From: a virus
Lineage: Duplodnaviria; Caudoviricetes
DNA: 37,007 bases
Reading direction: 5' to 3' (one strand)
IMG/VR virus record: IMGVR_UViG_3300022666_000200
Coordinates: 1 to 37,007 of that record
In this document: positions 8,632 to 16,264 of the stretch, piece after piece
Layout of the letters: the number at the start of each line of letters is the position of its first letter
Position numbering within the stretch: position 1 is the stretch's first letter
Made by a program: the position numbers and the translations under genes
Notes under the pieces: generated by a model
Databases searched by the model: none
Told to the model about the DNA's origin: nothing
The model's input: only the letters and a program-made list of their open reading frames with translations

Positions 8632-9978
8632 ATGCCACTGATGAATCGAATCCGACGGATGCTGGCCCGAACCCTCGTCGACGCGCCGCTGCCGGCGGGA
8701 GACGGCGAACGCACCGGGTCTCAAACCGCATCCGGCGGTTCCGGACAGTCCGGGGGCAAACGCAGCCGCGGCGACCTGGCCCGCTATCGACAGATGCGTC
8801 GGAACCCGACGATCGCCCTCGCCAGGGCGGCCAGTCTCGCACCGATCCGGCTGCACAAATGGGCGTATACGGGGCCGGACGCCCCGGACGACATGATCGC
8901 GTTCGTGCGCGGGGTGATGGAACCCATGGAATCCGGGATCGTCAAGAACGCCCTGTACGCCGTGGACTACGGTTTCAAACCCTTCGAGAAGGTGTGGGCG
9001 CGAGACGACAACGGGCGGCTGGTCTACGAACGGATCAAGCCTCTGTCGATCGAGAAGTCCGAGCTTCGGCTCGACGCGAACGGCTTCGCTGGCATCAAGC
9101 AGGAGGACGTCATTCTGACGCCCGAATACGCTTGGTGGTTCACGCACGACCAGGAGGATGACGACTACTTCGGCCAGAGCCGCCACGAGAACATCCGCCC
9201 CGAATGGGAGGCGTGGTGCCAGTTGCGATCCAAGACCCTTCGCTATGCGGACCTCGCGGCCGGTGCCAAGCCGATCGTCGAACACCCTGGCGGTATGTCG
9301 CGGGATCGCAACGGGGCGGAGAGGCCGGACTATCAGATCGCCGAAGGCGTCGTCAACGACCTGTCGGCCGGCAAGGGCGTCTACATGCCCAACAGCCTGG
9401 CTCAATATGCCAAGGACCTTCTGAACCGCGGCGTGGACGTCTCGAAGTTCAAGGCGTGGAACATCTCGTTCCTCGAGCCGAAGAACACGCACGGCGATGA
9501 GTTCATCGCGATGATGCGGCATTTCGAGAGCCTCATGCTCCGCGGCTGGCTATGCCCCGAGCGAACGGTGACGGAGGGGCAGTACGGAACGAAGGCCGAA
9601 TCGGAGGCCCAGGCGGACGTCGCGATGCAGGCCGCCCAGGAGCTTCTGAACGAGTTGATTGACGGTGTGAACACCGGCCTGGTCCAGCCGCTTCTGGTCT
9701 ACAACTTCGGCCCCGAATTCCGGAACGCTGTCCGCGTGGAAGCCAGCCCATTGCAGGACCAGAAGCGGGCCGTGCTCGAGAAGATCATGGCGGCCCTATT
9801 GGCCTCGCCCGATACGGCCAGGCTGTGGTTGGACGTTGATGCGGCGATGGATTACCTGGGCCTGCCGAAGGTGCAGGCCGTGATCGACAACACCGAACAG
9901 GACGACGCGGACGGCGACAATCCGGAAGAGGTCGCCGACGCCATCCTGCGATATGGCGACGCACGGGGGGCAGCGTGA
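8632..9978 (+). CDS. Portal protein (DUF935 / Mu gp29-like)
   Basis: Follows terL. ALYAVDYGFKPFEKVW, DYFGQS, GQYGTKAESEAQ and LVQPLLVYNFG resemble Mu-like portals. GGAG RBS. Confidence 0.85.
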   Translation: MPLMNRIRRMLARTLVDAPLPAGDGERTGSQTASGGSGQSGGKRSRGDLARYRQMRRNPTIALARAASLAPIRLHKWAYTGPDAPDDMIAFVRGVMEPMESGIVKNALYAVDYGFKPFEKVWARDDNGRLVYERIKPLSIEKSELRLDANGFAGIKQEDVILTPEYAWWFTHDQEDDDYFGQSRHENIRPEWEAWCQLRSKTLRYADLAAGAKPIVEHPGGMSRDRNGAERPDYQIAEGVVNDLSAGKGVYMPNSLAQYAKDLLNRGVDVSKFKAWNISFLEPKNTHGDEFIAMMRHFESLMLRGWLCPERTVTEGQYGTKAESEAQADVAMQAAQELLNELIDGVNTGLVQPLLVYNFGPEFRNAVRVEASPLQDQKRAVLEKIMAALLASPDTARLWLDVDAAMDYLGLPKVQAVIDNTEQDDADGDNPEEVADAILRYGDARGAA

Positions 9979-11897
9979 TCCTCACCGCGTCGGCCATCCC
10001 GCATCGACCGTCGAGCCTGTCGCGAGGGACGGAGTCGGACCTGAATCGCCTCGAACGGCTCGGCCTGATCGGAGGGCAGCGATACCTGACGATTCTCAGG
10101 CACGCCGTCCTGTCGGCGGTGCGGCGCGGACGGTCGGTCAACGTGGCCATCCAATCGACGCTGCCGATTCTGTCCCGAATGGTCTCGGCCGCCATGCTGA
10201 CCGGGGCCCTGATGGGTTATGCCCGCCCGCGTCAAGCGGCGGGACTGACCCGCGGCCGCCGGATGAAGTTCGAGGCGGCGCCAGAGGCGGCCTTCGACTG
10301 GGCGCTCGAGTGGGCCAGACACAACGCCGGCCTGGCCGATCGCCAGGTGGCGGCCATCCGACGCGAATACCTGGCCGAGGGCAAGACGACCGCGGCCGAC
10401 TTCGGCCAGACGCTCGGGACACGCCTGAACAAAGCCCTCGTCGAGGTCGTGTCCAGCGGGGTGCACGTGCAGGGGGGCATGCGGATCGTCGAGACGGCCC
10501 TTCGCGACTCCGGCGTCGATCCGGACACGATCGGCAAGGGCACTGTCGAGACGCTGGTTCGCACGCAGGCGATGCTGGCGTACAACGCCGGCGGATGGGC
10601 CTCCAACAAGAACCCGGACGTCGATTGGCTCGTCTGGGGCTATGAATACGTGACCGTCGGAGACGACCGCGTCCGTCCGACGCACGAGGCCCAGGAAGGG
10701 GTTCGCAAACCAAAGGACGATCCGTACTGGAATATCTGGTGGCCCCCAAACGGGTACAACTGCCGCTGCGTCGCCGAGATGATCCTGAAGGGCGACAAGG
10801 AGGCCCAGGCAACGGAGGACCTGCAGCCGGTGGTCGAGGTCCGGGGTGTGCGGTATCTCAACGCCCCCGATAAGGGCTTCGCGTTCAACCCGGGCAAGCA
10901 GCTCACGGAGATCATCGGCGGACCTCCGCCCAGTTCCTATCCGAACCCCAAGCCGACGCCGCCTGACAAGCCATCGCCCGAAGCGTTCAAGCTGCCGGCG
11001 GATGGAAAGGTCGAGCCGGTTCCATTGGGGCCGATACCGCCTGAGTTGCCGGGCGAATCTCCGTCGGGGCAATTGGCTCGGTGGTCGAACTCGGATCGGA
11101 TGATGGAGGCCTTGGGCCAACAGACGTTCGACGTCTCTCCGGCAGAGGCCGCTGCGATGCAGAAGGAGTCAAACCGACTTTCAGCGCTGTCTCTAGAGGC
11201 GGCCAATGATTCCAAGATACGGGAAGCCCAGCAGATGGCGATACGGGCGGCCGAGCTAGAATACAGTGGCCGCCAAGCCCGTTCTCAGCACGAAGACGTG
11301 TTCTTCAGGCTGCTGGGTACGACAATCGCCGACGTTGGTCAGGTGAACCATGCCATTAACGCAACCGTACCGTGGGAGAAACAGCCCTTCATTCACGATG
11401 CCCTGCGGTGGCTTACCGGGACCATGGGACCGGACTTGGCGAAAAACCTTCCGGTGATCGGATGGGGCTACGATGCCAATCAGTCAAGGGCGGCCTATCA
11501 CGTGGACTCGGCATCAGCCATCTTGTGTCCCACTTCTACGGTTGAATCGTGCCTGCACGAATTCGGTCACCACATCGAACGATCGCGTTCCGCTACGTCC
11601 AGGCTCGCTAGGCGGTTTCTTCATGAGAGAACAGAGGGTGAGGATCTTACCAGCCTGAAGGAGTTGTTTCCGGACAACAACTTCCGGCCGAATGAGTTTG
11701 CCCGGAAGGATCGTTTCGACCTGCTATTTGAGAATCCTATTGAGGCATGGTACACTGGTAAAGACTACGGGATCGAATCAAGCACAGAGCTCATCGCTAT
11801 GGGGTTGCTAGCCATGTATCGCGACCCATACCGTTTCGCCCGCGTGGACCCGACATTCTGCAGGTTGATCCTGGCTGTGTTGCGAGGCGGACTATGA
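9975..11897 (+). CDS. MuF (SPP1 gp7-like) head morphogenesis protein with a C-terminal HExxH metallopeptidase-like extension
   Basis: ETLVRTQAMLAYNAG, YVTVGDDRVRPTH, PPNGYNCRC and PDKGFAFNPG mark MuF. A Pro-rich linker follows, then HEFGH (11556-11570) and YTGKDY...TELIAMG. Confidence 0.9.
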   Translation: MILTASAIPHRPSSLSRGTESDLNRLERLGLIGGQRYLTILRHAVLSAVRRGRSVNVAIQSTLPILSRMVSAAMLTGALMGYARPRQAAGLTRGRRMKFEAAPEAAFDWALEWARHNAGLADRQVAAIRREYLAEGKTTAADFGQTLGTRLNKALVEVVSSGVHVQGGMRIVETALRDSGVDPDTIGKGTVETLVRTQAMLAYNAGGWASNKNPDVDWLVWGYEYVTVGDDRVRPTHEAQEGVRKPKDDPYWNIWWPPNGYNCRCVAEMILKGDKEAQATEDLQPVVEVRGVRYLNAPDKGFAFNPGKQLTEIIGGPPPSSYPNPKPTPPDKPSPEAFKLPADGKVEPVPLGPIPPELPGESPSGQLARWSNSDRMMEALGQQTFDVSPAEAAAMQKESNRLSALSLEAANDSKIREAQQMAIRAAELEYSGRQARSQHEDVFFRLLGTTIADVGQVNHAINATVPWEKQPFIHDALRWLTGTMGPDLAKNLPVIGWGYDANQSRAAYHVDSASAILCPTSTVESCLHEFGHHIERSRSATSRLARRFLHERTEGEDLTSLKELFPDNNFRPNEFARKDRFDLLFENPIEAWYTGKDYGIESSTELIAMGLLAMYRDPYRFARVDPTFCRLILAVLRGGL

Positions 11898-12181
11898 CCC
11901 GGAATGGACACATCGACGTCACCAGTAGCGCCGGAGCGCATTGGCATATTGAAGTGTCCTGCCTGAAGGAGGGGGAGCCGTTCAGTGGGTATCCCGATCT
12001 CGTCATCGGCAACCTGAACCGTATGGCACGGCTCAACCACTGGATTGGGTCTCCGTTCGACTATCGCTTCCATCTGCTCGCCGAAGCATCCAAGGTTCTC
12101 CAGCGTTCAGGCTGCGCGCCTGTCGTTCATTGGCCTCGCACTGACCTGGACCCGGAGCCTAGAGCGGACGAAGTCTGGTAG
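11894..12181 (+). CDS. Small hypothetical protein, candidate immunity protein for the MuF C-terminal domain
   Basis: 95 aa, ATGA-coupled to muF and located before the next promoter. Role inferred from position. Confidence 0.55.
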   Translation: MTRNGHIDVTSSAGAHWHIEVSCLKEGEPFSGYPDLVIGNLNRMARLNHWIGSPFDYRFHLLAEASKVLQRSGCAPVVHWPRTDLDPEPRADEVW

Positions 12182-12243
12182 GACTGTCCTCGCGGCCTTT
12201 CATTCCATCCCTCTAGAATTTCCATGACAAGCCACTGGGCGCA

Positions 12244-12269
12244 CGTAGCCACGTGCTAGCTTTGTGGCC
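12244..12269 (+). promoter_or_regulatory. Putative late promoter 2 (CGTAGCCAC-N4-TAGCTT), leaderless start at ATG 12270
   Basis: Same geometry as 5219-5245, including 7 nt from the hexamer to ATG. Confidence 0.7.
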
Positions 12270-13439
12270 ATGAGCAGGAACCGACCACCCCGGAAGTTGG
12301 CGTGTTTTGGGGCCGACAGTCCCACGCAGGCCCTCACGTCTGCCGAAGGGACCGAACTGCCTTCCCAGAAGTTCCGCAAGACAGTCATCCGCTGCGGCCA
12401 GTATGTGCACCCGCACAAGGGGTGGAAGCTCACCGTCGATGAGAACCGGATGCAGCGATGGGTCAAGACCTTCGACCGGATGAATTCCGGCGGGGTTCAG
12501 GTGCCGATGGTCAAGGACCATACGGTGACCGCCGACACCACGCTGGGATTCGCCGACCGGCTCTTCGTAGCCGATGAAGGGCACGGCAAGGAGTTGGTGG
12601 CTGAGTTCACGGCCATCGGACGCGAGGCGATCGAGTGCGTCCAGCGCATTCGAAACGTCTCCATCTGCGTGGAAGAGGACGTACGCGACGGCCTGGGCCG
12701 GGCGTATGGCGAGGCCATCACACACATCGGTTTCACGCCGGTCCCCGTTGTACCAGGACAGTCAGACATTCGTATCGCCGCCTCGCTCGGCCAAGGCGAC
12801 GAGGCGATTCCCATGTGCTTCCTGATGGCCGACAACCCCGAACCCGACATGAAAGGACGTCCCATGGACCTCAAGGCCATTGCCGAAATCCTCGGACATC
12901 AAGGCGAACTGACGGAGGCCGGCCTTCCGGAGGCCGTCAAGGCGGCCCTCGACGCACAGAAGGCCACGAACGGCACGCTCACGACGCAGGTGACCGACCT
13001 GACCGCGGCCGTCGAAACGCTCAAGAAGGAGCTTGAAGCGGCCAAAGGCGGCGCCAAGGCCGAAGCGAGCCTCTCGCCAGACGCCCTCGAGGACAGCGCC
13101 GAGGCGGTGGCCGATCGGCTCCACGCCGTGGCCCTGAAGCTCGGCCTGACCCCGGATGCCGAGAGTAAGCTCTGCGCCGTTCTGACCGGTCCGGCCGCGA
13201 ACCGCAACGTATTCATGCTCTCACGCACGGATACGCCCAACGACAAGGGCAGGCGGCCTGTTCGAGCGATGGCCATCATCGATGCCCTCGATGGCATCGA
13301 CCCCAAGACGCTGATCCAGACAGGAAGCAAGACCGGAACGCAGGCACGCTGCTTCAGCTTCGGCGATGACTCTTCGGAGACCAAGCGGCTACAGCAGGAA
13401 ATCGAGGCCCGGTCAAAGGCGGTCTATCAACCGGCCTGA
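12270..13439 (+). CDS. Prohead protease / scaffold (Mu gpI-like), with a probable internal scaffold start at 12864
   Basis: VIRCGQYVHP, VPMVKDH, RNVSI and AITHIGFTPVPVVPGQ, followed by a coiled-coil C-terminal half. GAAAGGA precedes internal ATG 12864. Confidence 0.8.
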   Translation: MSRNRPPRKLACFGADSPTQALTSAEGTELPSQKFRKTVIRCGQYVHPHKGWKLTVDENRMQRWVKTFDRMNSGGVQVPMVKDHTVTADTTLGFADRLFVADEGHGKELVAEFTAIGREAIECVQRIRNVSICVEEDVRDGLGRAYGEAITHIGFTPVPVVPGQSDIRIAASLGQGDEAIPMCFLMADNPEPDMKGRPMDLKAIAEILGHQGELTEAGLPEAVKAALDAQKATNGTLTTQVTDLTAAVETLKKELEAAKGGAKAEASLSPDALEDSAEAVADRLHAVALKLGLTPDAESKLCAVLTGPAANRNVFMLSRTDTPNDKGRRPVRAMAIIDALDGIDPKTLIQTGSKTGTQARCFSFGDDSSETKRLQQEIEARSKAVYQPA

Positions 13440-13513
13440 ACGATCCGGCCACGCGAGTGAAACGCTGGCGACCAAACGTCCGAATTCGGACCTCATGAAA
13501 AGGAGTAGAACTC

Positions 13514-14512
13514 ATGCAGCTTGCGGGAAATATGCCGGGTGTGACCACGGCACAGTCCGTGACCTTCACGTCGGTGTTGAAGTCGGTCATCGGGAAGATG
13601 GTGCAGGCGATCAAGCCGATCATCATGGACGGCTCGAAGAGCCGAGACATCCGGAACACGCCGACGACCATCATTGGCCCCGGCCTGATCATCGGCAAGA
13701 TCACGTCGGGCGGGAAGTACGCCCCGTCGATCATCGGAACGGTGGGCTCCTCGTATGCGGGCACCGCCACCTCGCTGACCCTGTCCGTCGCATCGGCCGT
13801 CGAACTGGTCCGCCGCGTCGGTTCCAGCGGGACCTTCAAACTGACTGGTCCCCCGACCGCATCCGGCACCGTTCGCACGGTGACGGTCACCTACTCGGCC
13901 GTGGATACCGCGACCGGTGTCGTGACCATCTCGGCGATCGGCGTCAACGAGGTGCAGACCGTCACGGTGAGCGGCAGCGTCTCGGCCGGGACGTTCGTCA
14001 TTCGCGTCGGCGACATCGCGACCGGACCGATTGCGTACAACGCCAATCAATCGGCGATCCAGTCCGCCCTCGACAGTGCCTTCGGAACCAACGGAGTCGT
14101 CGTGGCCGGAACCCTGGCGTCGTTCACCTTGACCTTCAGCGGTACGGGCTACGCACAGACCGACGTGCCGATGGCCGTCATCGACTGTGCCGGCCTGACG
14201 GCCGGGACCAAGATCTTGGTCGAGCAGACCACGCAAGGCGTCGACGGCCGATTCGTTTCCGGCTCCTTGGTCCAGCCGACCGACGGCAGCGAGACCCCGT
14301 TGCTGATCGTGGGCACCGGTGACGGCTCCGGTTTCAAGGTGGTCGACCCGGACGGGAACAACATCGACGTCTTCGTCCCGGAGGCCCTGATCGGCGGCCA
14401 ACTCGATGTCGCCTGCATCGGGCAGTATCCGACGGATACGTCGCTGATCGCGTGGTTGAAGAACCAATTGGCGGCGAAGGGCCAGCAGTTCTTCTGGTCC
14501 GACGATCTGTAA
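13514..14512 (+). CDS. Head decoration protein (lambda gpD-like ends) with inserted beta-rich domains
   Basis: Sits between protease and capsid genes. N-terminal PGLIIGKITSGGKY, C-terminal PTDGSETPLLI, internal NEVQTVTV...IAYNANQSAIQSAL module. AAGGAG RBS. Confidence 0.7.
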   Translation: MQLAGNMPGVTTAQSVTFTSVLKSVIGKMVQAIKPIIMDGSKSRDIRNTPTTIIGPGLIIGKITSGGKYAPSIIGTVGSSYAGTATSLTLSVASAVELVRRVGSSGTFKLTGPPTASGTVRTVTVTYSAVDTATGVVTISAIGVNEVQTVTVSGSVSAGTFVIRVGDIATGPIAYNANQSAIQSALDSAFGTNGVVVAGTLASFTLTFSGTGYAQTDVPMAVIDCAGLTAGTKILVEQTTQGVDGRFVSGSLVQPTDGSETPLLIVGTGDGSGFKVVDPDGNNIDVFVPEALIGGQLDVACIGQYPTDTSLIAWLKNQLAAKGQQFFWSDDL

Positions 14513-14593
14513 TCGACGACGGCCGGCCGAAGGCCGTCCGTTTGGGTTTCCGCCCCGGATTCGGGGTGCACCAAACTGCAAAGGAGCCATGAC

Positions 14594-15718
14594 GTGTCCA
14601 AGACCTTGCAAGACCTCATCGGGTATCGGGTGATGACGGGAATCATCCAAAACCCTGCCGGTGGCATTCCGGCCAACATCCTTCCCGCGGAATTCACCCG
14701 GGTGACGCGGCGCATTACCGGGAACCAATGCTCGTGGATCCAGATTTCGGGAAATCGACAGGTGGCCCAGTTGGTCGCCTACGGGGATCCGGCCAAGCGG
14801 CGCAACGTGAGCGGTGTCTCTGAGCGATCCGCCATCCTAGGCCACACGTTCGAGGAGCACAGTATTCCGGCGGCAGTCCTGTCCCACCTGCAGGCCTACG
14901 ATAACCCGCAACGCCAACTCATGGGACAGCAGGAGATCGATCGGCGCCTCAAGGAGTTCCGAACGATCCTGAACAACTGGCGTCTGGCCATCCTCCATTC
15001 GGTCCTGGCTAACGGGAAGATCTGGTTCGACAAGGATGGCAACCTGTTGCCGTCGGCCAGCGGTGCGGCGGTTACTGTGGACTTCGGTATCCCGACGAGC
15101 GGTGATGTCTGTGCCGGCAATATTGCCAGCAACACCGGCACGAAGATTCTCACGACCGCCGGGGCCGAGAAGTGGTCCATCGCAGGCACGAACATCCCCA
15201 AACACGTCCAGATGCTTCAGAAGCTGGCGGCACGGTACACCGGGTACCAGTTGGAGTATGCGTTCTACGGGGAGAATGTCCTGGGTTATCTGCTGTCCAA
15301 CACCGCCATCCAAACGCTCTTCGTGAACAACGGTCAGCTCCAGGCGAGCCTGATGCAGGGTGTCATCCCTGACGGCTTCCTTGGGATCCGCAAGTGGGTC
15401 CCAGTGGACCGCGCGTTCTATGTGGATGCGTCGGGAACCGTCCAGGCATTCTTCAACCCCGAAAAGGTCGTGTTCACGCCGGCCCCCACCCCCGAATGGT
15501 GGGACGTCGTCGAGGGTACATTCCCTGTTCCGACCAATCTGGGAGGCGTGGCGGCAGACGCGGCCGAGGCGGCTACCTGGGTTGACGAGGTGAGCGGAAT
15601 GTTCTCCTACGCGGTTCTGACCCACAACCCGGTCGGTCTGAACCACTTCTACGGGGACACGTTCCTGGCGCTTCAGAGGGTGACGAAGGCCGTGTTCCAC
15701 GCGACCGTGAACTGGTAG
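14594..15718 (+). CDS. Major capsid protein (lambda gpE-like family)
   Basis: 374 aa, canonical position, AAGGAG RBS, VTVDFGIP, KWS and FFNPEKVVF segments, followed by a strong hairpin. Confidence 0.8.
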   Translation: MSKTLQDLIGYRVMTGIIQNPAGGIPANILPAEFTRVTRRITGNQCSWIQISGNRQVAQLVAYGDPAKRRNVSGVSERSAILGHTFEEHSIPAAVLSHLQAYDNPQRQLMGQQEIDRRLKEFRTILNNWRLAILHSVLANGKIWFDKDGNLLPSASGAAVTVDFGIPTSGDVCAGNIASNTGTKILTTAGAEKWSIAGTNIPKHVQMLQKLAARYTGYQLEYAFYGENVLGYLLSNTAIQTLFVNNGQLQASLMQGVIPDGFLGIRKWVPVDRAFYVDASGTVQAFFNPEKVVFTPAPTPEWWDVVEGTFPVPTNLGGVAADAAEAATWVDEVSGMFSYAVLTHNPVGLNHFYGDTFLALQRVTKAVFHATVNW

Positions 15719-15729
15719 GTCTTACTCCC

Positions 15730-15778
15730 AGTCGACGCCAGCGTGGTACTCGCCGACCCGCTGGCGTCGACTTTGTTG
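15730..15778 (+). terminator. Stem-loop after the capsid gene (terminator or mRNA stabiliser)
   Basis: Perfect 14-bp inverted repeat AGTCGACGCCAGCG (15730-15743) / CGCTGGCGTCGACT (15759-15772), followed by TTGTTG. Confidence 0.75.
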
Positions 15779-15796
15779 ACGCCGCGAGGTGCCGTC

Positions 15797-16252
15797 ATGC
15801 CCGACCCGACGATTGAAACGCCCTTTGATTCGGGGCCCAACAACTTCGCCGTGCCGATGGCCAAGCAGATCAAGATCACCTGGCCGGTCGGTTCGCTGTC
15901 AGGATCCACAGAACGGCACGCCATAACCCTGGATATGCGGGCGTACAGGTTTCTGGAGGGGACACTTCAGGTGCCGACGCAGGCGGACCTGACCGTCACG
16001 GCAAAGGCCTACGCCGTCATCTCCGAGAGCGAGACTGACAAGGCGAACGGAGCGGCATTCACGTTCGCTTCGGGATCCCAACTCAATCCGGGGCAATCCG
16101 GCAAGATCAAGACCGAGCCGATCTGCTCTACAACACTGTGCGCTGTCGGTGGGACCGTTCCGAAGGCGCCGCCGTTCGTCCTGATCACGATTCAACCGTC
16201 CGACACCGTATCCGCCGGGCCCGTTACGTTGCTGCTGACCATGCGTCGATAG
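15797..16252 (+). CDS. Hypothetical beta-rich virion protein
   Basis: GAGGT RBS before ATG 15797, located in the head gene block. Confidence 0.65.
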   Translation: MPDPTIETPFDSGPNNFAVPMAKQIKITWPVGSLSGSTERHAITLDMRAYRFLEGTLQVPTQADLTVTAKAYAVISESETDKANGAAFTFASGSQLNPGQSGKIKTEPICSTTLCAVGGTVPKAPPFVLITIQPSDTVSAGPVTLLLTMRR

Positions 16253-16264
16253 GGGAGGACGACG

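Noticed and set aside
13950-14160. Tail sheath gene suggested by the NEVQTVTV module
   Set aside because: The module sits inside a 332-aa gene between protease and capsid. No sheath or baseplate wedge genes are recognisable.
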